NCBI GenBank assembly: GCA_022448425.1
Contig: JAKVCY010000187.1
Span: 127 to 64,126, forward strand
Direction: 5' to 3'
DNA: 64,000 bases
Source of the DNA: Thalassotalea sp.
GTDB taxonomy: Bacteria; Pseudomonadota; Gammaproteobacteria; Enterobacterales; Alteromonadaceae
The position numbers were made by a program, and so were the translations under genes. Under the pieces are notes generated by a model that was not told where the DNA came from, did not search any database, and worked only from the letters and a program-made list of their open reading frames with translations. Shown in pieces: positions 20,397-30,626 of the stretch (position 1 is its first letter; every line of letters begins with the position of its first letter).

Positions 20397-23300
20397 ATGC
20401 ACGGCGGTCCGAATCAAAATAAACAAAGAGGCTTTCTTTCACTTAGGTACAAGCTCACAGTAACTAGCTTTCTGGTATCGCTTGTAGCTGCCTTAGTGAT
20501 TTATTCTAGCTTTTATTTTCAAGGACGAAATATTCTCGACGAAAGCGCAGAATATGAAGTGCAACAAGAAGTTGATTTCATTGCGCCAGTAGTGAGTAAT
20601 TTAGTTAATCAAGCTCTTTTTGACACAGAGATTATCAGCAAAGCGCCAACGCTCAATGAATTGATAGCTGCCCATGTGAAAAACAGAGCTACCGACTCTC
20701 TGCAACTTGATAGTATAACTGCCATTGTCAACGGCATGCTTTCCCTGGCCGTTAGTGGCAAAAGCGAGTTTGCCCATATGATGCTAAGAGATGAAAGCGG
20801 TCAAATTCTTGCCCAAAGTCAGAACGAACGATTATCTCAAGAGTTTTACGCACAAATCCAAGATATTGCTCAGAGAGCAATAATTGAAGAAGGCGTAACA
20901 GCGAACAACCAATCAGTTTCTTTTAAATTTTTTACGCCACAAACTAGTTCGGCAAACAATAGTGGTTCTAGTTCAACAAATAGAAGTGGGGAGCAACAGT
21001 TATTCACTCAAGATAAAGCAGATATTAGGGGTTACCTAATTATCTTTAGGCAGATTGGTGCTTCCAATGAGTCGCCATTGTTTTTGGTCGCGACTGTAGC
21101 ACTTGAAAGCATTATGTCGGTAATAGATGCATTCCAGCGTGATGATAAATATTACTATCTCGTCGCCGCTGATAGCACTGTAGCGTATCAAACCGCAGAT
21201 ACTCGGCAATTAATTGAAGCCGAAACGAGTGTAGGCGAAGAGATAGTAAAATTAGTAAACAGTGATGTTTCTGCTTCGTTTGTTAGCCTAGATGAGGTGA
21301 TGCAGCATTCGATTAGTATTGCGTTTGCCCATCGCTTATCTTTCTCAGAAGGGAAAGTGCTATCTCCTTTATACCTGATTGCGTTACATCGAGAAAATCG
21401 ATTGGCGCAGGCGTTCAATCGACTAGAAGGACAAGCTATTGTTGTCGGTGTTTTGCTTGCTATTGCTATTTCTGCGCTTTCACTGCTTTTAGCCAACCGC
21501 TTAGTTCGACCTATGCTAAGCATGATGAAAAGCATTGAAGTATATGAAGAGACGGGGAAAATTGAGGCATTGCCAACGATCAAAAATGACGAAGTTGGAC
21601 GTTTAGCGCTGAGCTTTAAAAAAATGGTAGCCAGTGTTCAACGGCATCAAGCCTCATTGCTGGAAGTTGTTGATAGAACAAATCATACATCCAAGCTCTT
21701 GCAATCTGTCTTAGACTCGCTGCCGGACGCTTTAATTCGTGTAGATAGTGATGGGCATATTATTGCCTTTAATCACGCCGCAGAAACTATGTTTGATTAC
21801 ACAGAATCCCGGGTTTCAGGCCAACACTTTGGTTTGTTGATGCCCTATGAATTCAACCAAAGATTTCCAACGTTTCAGCAGTATATCGATGAGCAACAGG
21901 ATAAACCTTATCGCGGAGATGGCGATGAACAATCGGCAATTCGAAGAGATGGTGAGATATTCCCTGTTTTGATTAATTACAGTGTTGTTAATGCGGATAC
22001 TGTCAAGTCATACACTGTGACAGTTAAAGACAATACCTATTCTAAACTCCTAGAGTCGGAGCGTTTGGCTGCGCTTAAGGAAACTAAAGATCTTGCATGG
22101 CGCCTAGATTTTGCCCTGTCCGCGTCGCAAGTGGGAGTATGGGAGTTCAATAGCCAAACCAATCGTTTATCTTGGGATAAACGCACGTATCGACTTTATG
22201 GTTTTGAAAATAGGGATAATGTTTACCCTGAACAAGTTTGGCTAAAATCTATTGACGCCGAGTACCGAGAAACGGTCAAGTCAGCCATAAACGACTCGCT
22301 TAAAACCGGTCAAAATTTACATCAAATATACCGCGTTAATCTACCCGCGGGGAACTCAGTGTTTCTCGAAACTCATGCCAAGGTAATCTTTGAATCGCAG
22401 GGTAAGTATCATCGTATAGTGGGAACTAGCCAAGATGTTACCGAACAACACCTATTGGATGAATTAAAGCAGAATGCCCTTGATATGGCTGAGGATTCAC
22501 TGAAACTAAAATCAGAATTTCTTGCCAGTATGAGCCACGAAATTCGTACCCCTATGAATGGCGTCCTCGGCATGCTTGGTTTACTCGGAAATAGTGAGTT
22601 GACTAAACAACAGCAACACTATTTAGAACTTGCCAGTTCAAGCGCTCACTCATTATTAGATTTACTTAACGATATCCTTGATTTCTCTAAAATTGAAGCT
22701 GGAAAAATTGACATTGAGAATGTTGATTTTAATCTTACTCAACTGTTTTGCAATGTAGCGGAGTCGTTTGCTTTCAAGGCCCAAAAGAAAGACGTTGAAT
22801 TAGTACTAGATGTAGCCAACTTGAATGGCGTAGATGTTAGTGCCGATCCCACGAGAATCAGGCAAATTCTCACTAATTTAATCAGCAATGCCATCAAGTT
22901 TACAGAGCAAGGTGAAGTGGTTGTAAAGGCAGAGGTTAAGCCTATGTCGGACGGCGTTGAGCTAACTTGTTCGGTGCAAGACTCTGGCGTAGGCATTGAA
23001 AAAGAGCACATAGATAAGCTTTTTGATTCATTTACTCAAGTCGACTCTAGTACAACGCGTAAGTATGGTGGTACAGGACTTGGACTTGCGATTGTTAAGA
23101 AACTTTGTAATTTGATGGGTGGTGAGATTGAGGTAGAGAGTAAGTTAGGTCAGGGGAGTATATTTAGCTTCAGCTTAGCTTTACAAAAGTCAACGAAATT
23201 TAGACATGCTATCCAAAGTTTAGATGAAAAAGAATCAACTGATGTGAAAGGCTCTAGTCATTCTGCTCAGTTTGAAAACCTAAATGTGTTGATTGTTGAT

Positions 23301-24683
23301 GGCAATAAGAGCAGTGCAAATGCCCTTTCGACGCTGATGGCCACATGGGGTATTACCCCTTCAATTGTTAACAGTGGTCAACTAGCACTTGATGCGTTAA
23401 GTACTAGTGCAGATTCACCCATTAATATCGCGATGATTAACTGCACTTTAGAGGATGATACTGGCGCGGAACTTTGTCATAAGCTCGTGGAAAGTGAACA
23501 TAACTACGGTGATATTAAATGCGTCCTAATGACACCCATCGCCTATAGAAACGATACTGCAATGGGAAATATCGAAGTGATCGCTGATATTTTATCAAAA
23601 CCTATTAATCCTAATTTGTTGCGCGATGCGCTGACTAATTTGACGCAAGGAAGTGGCAGTGACGCAAAAGTAGAGAAGCACATAAAGTCAATTGATATCA
23701 GTAGTAAAGCCCGGTTCGGTAATACATTTGCAATTCAAGCCTTTGCCGAAGCAATAAAAGACAATGCCAACGGCGAGAGAAAACAACTTGAGAAAACGCT
23801 TGAGCGCATTAAATTACTTGTCGTAGAAGATAATCGAGTCAACCAGGCGGTCATTAAAGGCTTGCTTGAATGTATGCCAGCAGATATTACCCTGGCTGAG
23901 AATGGCCTAGAGGCACTAAACCTACTAAATCAACAACAGGTGGATTCGGAACAGGACGTATTTGACTTGGTGTTAATGGACTGTCAGATGCCGGAAATGG
24001 ATGGTTATCAAACAACACAAGCGATTAGAGCAGGTAAAGCTGGGGAGGCTTACCAAACAATCCCCATTATCGCGATGACCGCGAACGCGATGAAAGGTGA
24101 CAAGGAAAAGTGCCTTGCCGTAGGCATGGATGATTACCTTGCCAAACCGATTTATACAGCCCTTTTCTTTGAAAAGCTTGCGCATTGGGGGCTTGCAGTA
24201 ACAAAGGCTGATGTTATTGAAGAAGAGGCCTTTGCTTTGGAAATTGAAGCGCAACAAGATGCTAAAGAAGTGGACGACATTAACATTGATGAAATGCACT
24301 CCCTGACTGATGGTGTTAGTAGTGAATTCGTTTCAATTATTTGGGATGAATATGCGCTGTTAAAACGGGTACGTGACAATAAAGTGCTCGCAGAAAAACT
24401 TTTAAAGCTATTTGTTGATGAAGCCCCTGAACAGCTTTCGTCAATCCTACGAGCGCTGGAAAACCGTGATAAAGAGCAAATCATAGCTCATGCGCATAAG
24501 CTTAAGGGAGCTGCCAACAATATCAGTGCTAAGCAGCTTGGCGAACTACTCTATGATTTGGAGTTTTCTGCGAAGTCCGGTGAACTCGATAAACTAACGC
24601 ATTTTCAAACAACTTTGCCATCATGCTATCAAGCGTTGGTGGAAAGACTTAATGACTATTTTGCAAGTTTGCATGTAGAATAA
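20397..24683 (+). CDS. Membrane unorthodox histidine kinase: TM-sensor-TM-HAMP-PAS-PAS-HisKA-HATPase-REC-REC-Hpt
   Basis: FLASMSHEIRTPMNG, NLISNAIKFT, YGGTGLGL, LMDCQMP, Hpt AHKLKG. Confidence 0.92.
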   Translation: MHGGPNQNKQRGFLSLRYKLTVTSFLVSLVAALVIYSSFYFQGRNILDESAEYEVQQEVDFIAPVVSNLVNQALFDTEIISKAPTLNELIAAHVKNRATDSLQLDSITAIVNGMLSLAVSGKSEFAHMMLRDESGQILAQSQNERLSQEFYAQIQDIAQRAIIEEGVTANNQSVSFKFFTPQTSSANNSGSSSTNRSGEQQLFTQDKADIRGYLIIFRQIGASNESPLFLVATVALESIMSVIDAFQRDDKYYYLVAADSTVAYQTADTRQLIEAETSVGEEIVKLVNSDVSASFVSLDEVMQHSISIAFAHRLSFSEGKVLSPLYLIALHRENRLAQAFNRLEGQAIVVGVLLAIAISALSLLLANRLVRPMLSMMKSIEVYEETGKIEALPTIKNDEVGRLALSFKKMVASVQRHQASLLEVVDRTNHTSKLLQSVLDSLPDALIRVDSDGHIIAFNHAAETMFDYTESRVSGQHFGLLMPYEFNQRFPTFQQYIDEQQDKPYRGDGDEQSAIRRDGEIFPVLINYSVVNADTVKSYTVTVKDNTYSKLLESERLAALKETKDLAWRLDFALSASQVGVWEFNSQTNRLSWDKRTYRLYGFENRDNVYPEQVWLKSIDAEYRETVKSAINDSLKTGQNLHQIYRVNLPAGNSVFLETHAKVIFESQGKYHRIVGTSQDVTEQHLLDELKQNALDMAEDSLKLKSEFLASMSHEIRTPMNGVLGMLGLLGNSELTKQQQHYLELASSSAHSLLDLLNDILDFSKIEAGKIDIENVDFNLTQLFCNVAESFAFKAQKKDVELVLDVANLNGVDVSADPTRIRQILTNLISNAIKFTEQGEVVVKAEVKPMSDGVELTCSVQDSGVGIEKEHIDKLFDSFTQVDSSTTRKYGGTGLGLAIVKKLCNLMGGEIEVESKLGQGSIFSFSLALQKSTKFRHAIQSLDEKESTDVKGSSHSAQFENLNVLIVDGNKSSANALSTLMATWGITPSIVNSGQLALDALSTSADSPINIAMINCTLEDDTGAELCHKLVESEHNYGDIKCVLMTPIAYRNDTAMGNIEVIADILSKPINPNLLRDALTNLTQGSGSDAKVEKHIKSIDISSKARFGNTFAIQAFAEAIKDNANGERKQLEKTLERIKLLVVEDNRVNQAVIKGLLECMPADITLAENGLEALNLLNQQQVDSEQDVFDLVLMDCQMPEMDGYQTTQAIRAGKAGEAYQTIPIIAMTANAMKGDKEKCLAVGMDDYLAKPIYTALFFEKLAHWGLAVTKADVIEEEAFALEIEAQQDAKEVDDINIDEMHSLTDGVSSEFVSIIWDEYALLKRVRDNKVLAEKLLKLFVDEAPEQLSSILRALENRDKEQIIAHAHKLKGAANNISAKQLGELLYDLEFSAKSGELDKLTHFQTTLPSCYQALVERLNDYFASLHVE

Positions 24684-24743
24684 GTTAATTAATTGATTTT
24701 TATCAGCTAATATTAGCCTGTAAAGGATAATTAGTGAGGTTAT

Positions 24744-26174
24744 ATGCAAACTATTCTAGCGGTTGACGACGCTAAAGATACATTGATGTTATTAGAATTC
24801 GATTTGCAAGCCGAAGGCTATCAAGTTGTGACCACTAATGATGGTCTCTCTGCACTCTCTCGAATGGAGCATGGCGATATCGATCTCGTCTTACTCGATC
24901 TATATATGCCCGATTTCTCCGGGTTGCAAACCCTGCAAGCAATTCGTGAAAACGCAGATTTTGTTAATGTTCCAGTGGTTATGCTTTCTGCTTCAGACGA
25001 CGAAGACGAAATTGTCGAAGCGTTGGAGTTGGGTGCTCATGATTATGTTACAAAACCATACATTGCCAAGGTATTACTGGCTCGTATTCGCAATGCTTTG
25101 AGATTGAGAGAAAACTCTCTGAAGTTGGAAAATTTGGCACATAAAGATCATCTAACTGAATTGAATAATAAAGGGCATTTTGAAGAGCTAGCAAATAAAT
25201 CGATTAGCCATATGTCGCGCCAGAAAGAAAGTATAGCGATTGCGATGGTGGATATTGACCACTTCAAAAATGTTAATGATACCTATGGTCACGATGCTGG
25301 CGACAATGTACTGAGCTTTGTCGCAAAGTTGTTAGAAAAATCTTTCCGTGACTATGACATTGTAGGTCGAGTGGGTGGCGAAGAGTTTGCTGTGTGTATG
25401 CCTCACACTGAAAATCAAGATGCCTTTAATGCTTGTGAAAGGTTTCGTAAGAAACTTGCAAATGCGATTATTCCAATTGGTGAAGAATTGTCTATTAGTG
25501 TCACCACGAGTATAGGTGTGACCTCTGGCAATAGTGCTAATGGTGAGTTTGACTTTAAACAGTTAATGCATACTGCGGATGAAGCTTTATATGAAGCAAA
25601 AGCGACTTCTCGTAATGTCACTATTAGCCATTTTAGCGCTATGCTTAATGAAGAGCAGTCGGAAGTGACAAATGCGAGTTCAACAGAGGAAAGCCAGCCG
25701 ACAGAGAGTGTCTCAATGAGTAACCTCGATAGTGAGAGCTTTACTGATAGTGACGCATCTGTTAGCAATGCATCAGTTTCACTTGAGGACTTTACAACAG
25801 AGGATGTGAAAATGACGGAAGTAAATTCAGTGGAAATGGACGGTATTGACTATCAAATTGGCGTAGGTAACGTTTTAGGTGATGATGATTTATTTCGAGA
25901 AATCCTTCAAATGTTCCATGATGATCACCATCAAGATGGCGAAAAGATTCAGCAAGCTATTACATCAGAGGACTATGCTCAAGTGAAAAGTGTGGTTCAC
26001 ACGCTAAAAGGCGTATCCAGTTCAATAGGCGCTATGGAGCTTTTCGAGCAAACGAAATTACTTGATATTGCTATAAACCAGTATGACGCTGATAACTATC
26101 AACGTTTGTTTGAAAACGTCTCCTTCCAATTGACTCGCGTAATTTCAACGATAAAAAAAGAGCTAAACATATAA
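24744..26174 (+). CDS. REC-GGDEF diguanylate cyclase fused to C-terminal Hpt domain
   Basis: REC LLDLYMP; RDYD I-site and GRVGGEEF; acidic Ser-rich linker; Hpt VHTLKGVS. Confidence 0.88.
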   Translation: MQTILAVDDAKDTLMLLEFDLQAEGYQVVTTNDGLSALSRMEHGDIDLVLLDLYMPDFSGLQTLQAIRENADFVNVPVVMLSASDDEDEIVEALELGAHDYVTKPYIAKVLLARIRNALRLRENSLKLENLAHKDHLTELNNKGHFEELANKSISHMSRQKESIAIAMVDIDHFKNVNDTYGHDAGDNVLSFVAKLLEKSFRDYDIVGRVGGEEFAVCMPHTENQDAFNACERFRKKLANAIIPIGEELSISVTTSIGVTSGNSANGEFDFKQLMHTADEALYEAKATSRNVTISHFSAMLNEEQSEVTNASSTEESQPTESVSMSNLDSESFTDSDASVSNASVSLEDFTTEDVKMTEVNSVEMDGIDYQIGVGNVLGDDDLFREILQMFHDDHHQDGEKIQQAITSEDYAQVKSVVHTLKGVSSSIGAMELFEQTKLLDIAINQYDADNYQRLFENVSFQLTRVISTIKKELNI

Positions 26175-26206
26175 ATGTTTGGCTCTTCTACGTTTATTTA
26201 ATTGCG

Positions 26207-26476
26207 TTATTCAGCTGTAATATCGATATCTGTAGTCGGTATACAGCAACAACTCAATATCTCGCCGTCGCCAATAAACGCCAATGGCTCCCCTTGAGGG
26301 TAACAAACTTGGCCTTTGTTAAGGCTGATTCTGCAAGCGCCACAAAACCCATCTCGGCAATGATAATGCACTTCTACGTCGTGACTTTCCATGCATTCTA
26401 ATAGGTTCTTATGAGCATCGGTAAAGATGATATCTTTACCGTTTACTCTTACTTTTTTATTAGACGACTCAGTCAT
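26207..26476 (-). CDS. yfaE: 2Fe-2S ferredoxin for RNR maintenance
   Basis: CRDGFCGAC...CC; directly downstream of nrdB. Confidence 0.92.
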   Translation of the reverse strand: MTESSNKKVRVNGKDIIFTDAHKNLLECMESHDVEVHYHCRDGFCGACRISLNKGQVCYPQGEPLAFIGDGEILSCCCIPTTDIDITAE

Positions 26477-26541
26477 TTGTCGCTAGTTCAGAGACAAAGT
26501 CTCCTCGTGTTGTTTTCATTAACAACAGTGCCAGATAGCGC

Positions 26542-27672
26542 TTATAGCGCAAAGTCGTCGAAGTCGTCAGCAGATACTGCTGAATCAACTTGACCAACTA
26601 AGTAGCTAGAAATTTCAGTTTCTTGAGGTGCTACCTGAACGTTGTCACTAACGAGGTATGCATTCATCCATGGAAGAGGATTACTTTTTACTTCAAACGG
26701 CGAATCTAGTCCAATTGCAGCCATGCGTTGGTTGCTGATGTATTCAATGTATTGATTGAGGATTTCAGCGTTTAGGCCAATCATAGAACCATCTTTGAAT
26801 AGATACTGTGCCCATTCTTTTTCTTGCTCAACTACATCTAAGAAAATTTGACGGCCTTCTTCTTTTAACTCGTCGGCAATTTCTTTCATTTCTGGATCGT
26901 CTTTACCGGAGAACCAGTTATTTAAAATATGCTGAGTACCTGTTAAGTGAAGTGCTTCATCACGGGCGATAAGCTTGATGATCTTCGCGTTTCCTTCAAG
27001 TAACTCGCGTTCTGCGAATGCAAATGAACAAGCGAAACTTACGTAGAAACGAATTGCTTCAAGCGCGTTTACCGAGCAGATAGCTAGGAACAAGCGTTCT
27101 TTAAGCTTACGCTTTGACACTTCAATAGTTTTACCTTCAACTTCGTATTCACCTTCACCTTGGGATTGCATTAACTGTGTAGTGAGAATTACATCATCAA
27201 AATACTTAGCAATGCTACTCGCACGTTTCAGAATGGCAGGGTTTACGACGATGTCGTCAAACACTTCGCCAGGTTCTGTGAAAAGGTTGCGCAGGATGTG
27301 CGTGTACGAGCGAGAATGAATAGTCTCACTGAACGCCCATGTTTCAATCCATGTTTCTAACTCTGGTAACGAAACCAATGGTAGTAAAACAGCGTTAACT
27401 GAACGTGCAGCCATGCTGTCGAGTAGCGTTTGGTACTTTAAGTTAGAAATGAAAATGTGCTTTTCTGATGCCGTTAAGCCTTGCCAATCAGCGCGGTCTT
27501 TGGACACATCTACTTCCTCAGGGCGCCAGAAGAAGCTTAATTGCTTCTCGATTAGCTTTTCAAAAGAGGCATAACGCTGCTGGTCATAACGAGCAACGTT
27601 CACGCTATTACCTAAGAACATCGGCTCGAGTAGAGCGTTTGTTGGCGTTTGATTGAAAGTAGTGTAGGTCAT
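26542..27672 (-). CDS. nrdB: Class Ia ribonucleotide reductase beta subunit
   Basis: [42 protein letters not shown]; start at 27672 (MTYTTF) after GGAG. Confidence 0.97.
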   Translation of the reverse strand: MTYTTFNQTPTNALLEPMFLGNSVNVARYDQQRYASFEKLIEKQLSFFWRPEEVDVSKDRADWQGLTASEKHIFISNLKYQTLLDSMAARSVNAVLLPLVSLPELETWIETWAFSETIHSRSYTHILRNLFTEPGEVFDDIVVNPAILKRASSIAKYFDDVILTTQLMQSQGEGEYEVEGKTIEVSKRKLKERLFLAICSVNALEAIRFYVSFACSFAFAERELLEGNAKIIKLIARDEALHLTGTQHILNNWFSGKDDPEMKEIADELKEEGRQIFLDVVEQEKEWAQYLFKDGSMIGLNAEILNQYIEYISNQRMAAIGLDSPFEVKSNPLPWMNAYLVSDNVQVAPQETEISSYLVGQVDSAVSADDFDDFAL

Positions 27673-27824
27673 TAAAAGCTCCAAAAAACATCATTTCTAA
27701 ATGATGCAATGCTGATAAAACACTGTTTTATTGATTGTTAGTGTGTTTCTTATATTTGTTACGTACAAAGCCGCATGATCGGTTTGATCGATGCGGCTCT
27801 AATTTGCTCTTTGGCTAATGCCAA

Positions 27825-30089
27825 TTAAATCTTACAAGCGCCGCCTTCACAGCCATCATCTTGTTGACTGTCATCTGCACCATCACGTGTATTGTGGTAG
27901 TACATTGTCTTAACGCCTAGCTTATACGCAGTTAATAAGTCTTTGATGATTTGCTTAACTGGTACCTTACCACCTTCGTATTTAGAAGGGTCGTAATTAG
28001 TATTTGCAGAGATTGTTTGGTCAACGAACTTTTGCATAATACCAACAAGCTCAAGGTAACCATCGTTGCTCGGAATATTCCACAATAACTCATAGTTGTC
28101 TTTTAAGCGTTTGTATTCTGGTACTACTTGCTTTAAGACACCATCTTTACTTGCTTTGATACTAATTAGGCCACGAGGTGGCTCAATGCCGTTAGTTGCA
28201 TTAGAAATCTGCGATGATGTTTCTGATGGCATTAGCGCAGAAACTGTAGAGTTTCTTACGCCGTGCTCTTTAATACTTTCACGCAGCGCTTCCCAATCTA
28301 AGTGAAGCTTTTCACCAGTAATTTGGTCAATCTCTTTCTTATAAGTATCGATTGGCAAGATGCCTTGGCTTAACTTTGTTTCGTTAAACAGCGGGCAAGC
28401 ACCTTGCTCTTTCGCCAATTGGTTCGAGGCTTTCAATAAGTAGTATTGAATTGCTTCGAAAGTACGGTGAGTTAATTTGTTTGCACTACCGTTAGAGTAG
28501 AACACACCGTTCTTCGCTAGATAGTAGGCGTAGTTAATTACACCTATGCCGAGCGTACGACGACCCATAGTAGCTGCCTGAGCAGCAGGTACTGGGTAGT
28601 CTTGGTAGTCTAGTAAGCTATCTAGTGCACGTACGGCCAAATCAGCTAAACCATCTAATTCATCTAAGCTTTCGATTGCGCCTAAATTAAATGCAGAAAG
28701 CGTACATAGTGCAATTTCACCATTTGGATCATTTACATCGTTTAATGGCTTAGTTGGCAATGCTATTTCTAGACACAAGTTACTTTGGCGAATTGGTGCA
28801 TATTCAGGGTTGAACGGGCTGTGTGTATTACAGTGGTCAACGTTCTGTAGATAAATACGGCCAGTGCTTGCTCGTTCTTGCGCAAATAAACTGAAGAGTT
28901 CAATTGCTTTGATTCGCTTTTTACGAATAGATTCGTCTTGTTCGTATTTAACATACAACTCTTCAAATTTGTCTTGGTCGGCAAAGAATGCATCGTATAA
29001 ACCAGGGACGTCGCTTGGGCTGAATAGCGTGATGTGTTCGCCCTTGATAAGGCGTTGATACATCAGCTTGTTAAATTGCACACCGTAATCTAAGTGACGT
29101 ACACGGTTTTCCTCAACACCGCGGTTGTTCTTAAGAACCAATAAGCTCTCTACTTCTAGATGCCATAAAGGATAGAACAAGGTCGCAGCACCACCACGAA
29201 CACCACCTTGTGAACAGCTCTTTACTGCTGTTTGGAAGTGTTTATAAAACGGGATACAACCGGTGTGGAAAGCTTCGCCGTTACGAATGTTACTGCCTAG
29301 CGCACGAATACGACCTGCATTAATGCCGATACCAGCACGCTGAGATACGTATTTTACAATAGCAGAAGATGTCGCGTTAATTGAATCTAAGCTGTCATCA
29401 CACTCAATCAATACACATGAAGAGAACTGACGTGTAGGCGTACGTACACCAGCCATTATTGGTGTAGGCAATGAAATCTTAAACGTTGAAATTGCGTTAT
29501 AGAATCCTTTTACATAATCAAGGCGTGTGTCTTTCGGGTACTTGGCAAAAAGACAAGCAGCAACAAGGATGTATAGGAACTGAGCACTCTCGTAAATATC
29601 ACCAGTAACACGGTTCTGTACTAAATATTTACCTTCTAACTGTTTTACCGCAGCGTAGCTAAAGTCAAGGTCACGACGGTGATCGATAAACGATTCCATC
29701 TCTTCGAATTCAGCTTGTGTATAGTCTTGTGTTAAGTGTTCGTCATACTTACCCATTTCGACCATGTTTAGCACGTGATCAAATAACTTAGGCGGCTCGA
29801 ATTGGCCGTATGCTTTTTTACGCAAGTGGAAGATAGCTAAACGAGCAGCCAAGTACTGGTAGTCAGGTGCTTCTTCTGAAATCAAGTCAGCCGCTGATTT
29901 AATGATAGTCTCATGAATGTCTTCAGTCTTGATGCCATCATAGAATTGAATATGGGATTTTAATTCAACTTGGGAAACCGATACATCTTCTAGGCCTTCG
30001 GAAGCCCAGGCAATCACTTTATGAATTTTTTCTAGATCGATTGCTTCTTTAGCGCCATTACGCTTAGTTACAAAGAGGTTACTATTCAT
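27825..30089 (-). CDS. nrdA: Class Ia ribonucleotide reductase alpha subunit
   Basis: ATP cone VTKRNG, FSSCVLI, QSNLCLEI, MPSETSS, C-terminal CEGGACKI. Confidence 0.98.
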   Translation of the reverse strand: MNSNLFVTKRNGAKEAIDLEKIHKVIAWASEGLEDVSVSQVELKSHIQFYDGIKTEDIHETIIKSAADLISEEAPDYQYLAARLAIFHLRKKAYGQFEPPKLFDHVLNMVEMGKYDEHLTQDYTQAEFEEMESFIDHRRDLDFSYAAVKQLEGKYLVQNRVTGDIYESAQFLYILVAACLFAKYPKDTRLDYVKGFYNAISTFKISLPTPIMAGVRTPTRQFSSCVLIECDDSLDSINATSSAIVKYVSQRAGIGINAGRIRALGSNIRNGEAFHTGCIPFYKHFQTAVKSCSQGGVRGGAATLFYPLWHLEVESLLVLKNNRGVEENRVRHLDYGVQFNKLMYQRLIKGEHITLFSPSDVPGLYDAFFADQDKFEELYVKYEQDESIRKKRIKAIELFSLFAQERASTGRIYLQNVDHCNTHSPFNPEYAPIRQSNLCLEIALPTKPLNDVNDPNGEIALCTLSAFNLGAIESLDELDGLADLAVRALDSLLDYQDYPVPAAQAATMGRRTLGIGVINYAYYLAKNGVFYSNGSANKLTHRTFEAIQYYLLKASNQLAKEQGACPLFNETKLSQGILPIDTYKKEIDQITGEKLHLDWEALRESIKEHGVRNSTVSALMPSETSSQISNATNGIEPPRGLISIKASKDGVLKQVVPEYKRLKDNYELLWNIPSNDGYLELVGIMQKFVDQTISANTNYDPSKYEGGKVPVKQIIKDLLTAYKLGVKTMYYHNTRDGADDSQQDDGCEGGACKI

Positions 30090-30201
30090 GAAAGACCTTG
30101 AGTTAGTTTTATTGTTCTAATTATTTTTACCGTAGATATTGATACTGGTTTTTGGGAGAACCAAGGAGATAATTCAACTAGTGTGTGTTTGAACATCCGA
30201 T

Positions 30202-30249
30202 GCACAATATATTGGGTTAATGAAAATTTATAATCACAAGATAATGAGG
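30202..30249. promoter_or_regulatory. Tandem NrdR boxes upstream of nrdA
   Basis: GCACAATATATTGGGT (30202-30217; 14/16 to acaCwAtATaTwGtgt) and TCACAAGATAATGAGG (30234-30249; 11/16), 32 bp apart. Confidence 0.8.
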
Positions 30250-30626
30250 TTTATAGGTGAATGCAAGTGCTAAAATATTGCCTGATTACTTAATAATCGA
30301 GACAAAAATTGGCTAGTTAGTAATGACTAACGTAGTAGTAACTTTTTTATTAGCATTTTCCAAAACGCAATGGTTTTTTTAGTTAAATTTTGCTTTATAG
30401 AATTAATTATCACATAAAATTACCTTTTTTATTTAATTTTGCTATATGTGTAATTAACCATAAATAATTCAAGGGCTTGCGTCATGAATTCCGCGATAGG
30501 TTATTAAATGAACGCTTCGTTTGTTTTGTAAACAGTACTTCTTTCTGGCATTAACATCTAGAAAGAAGTGTCGACAATTGGTCAGTATTTATCGAGAACC
30601 GAAGCGTTGCAATCTTTAAGCATTAG

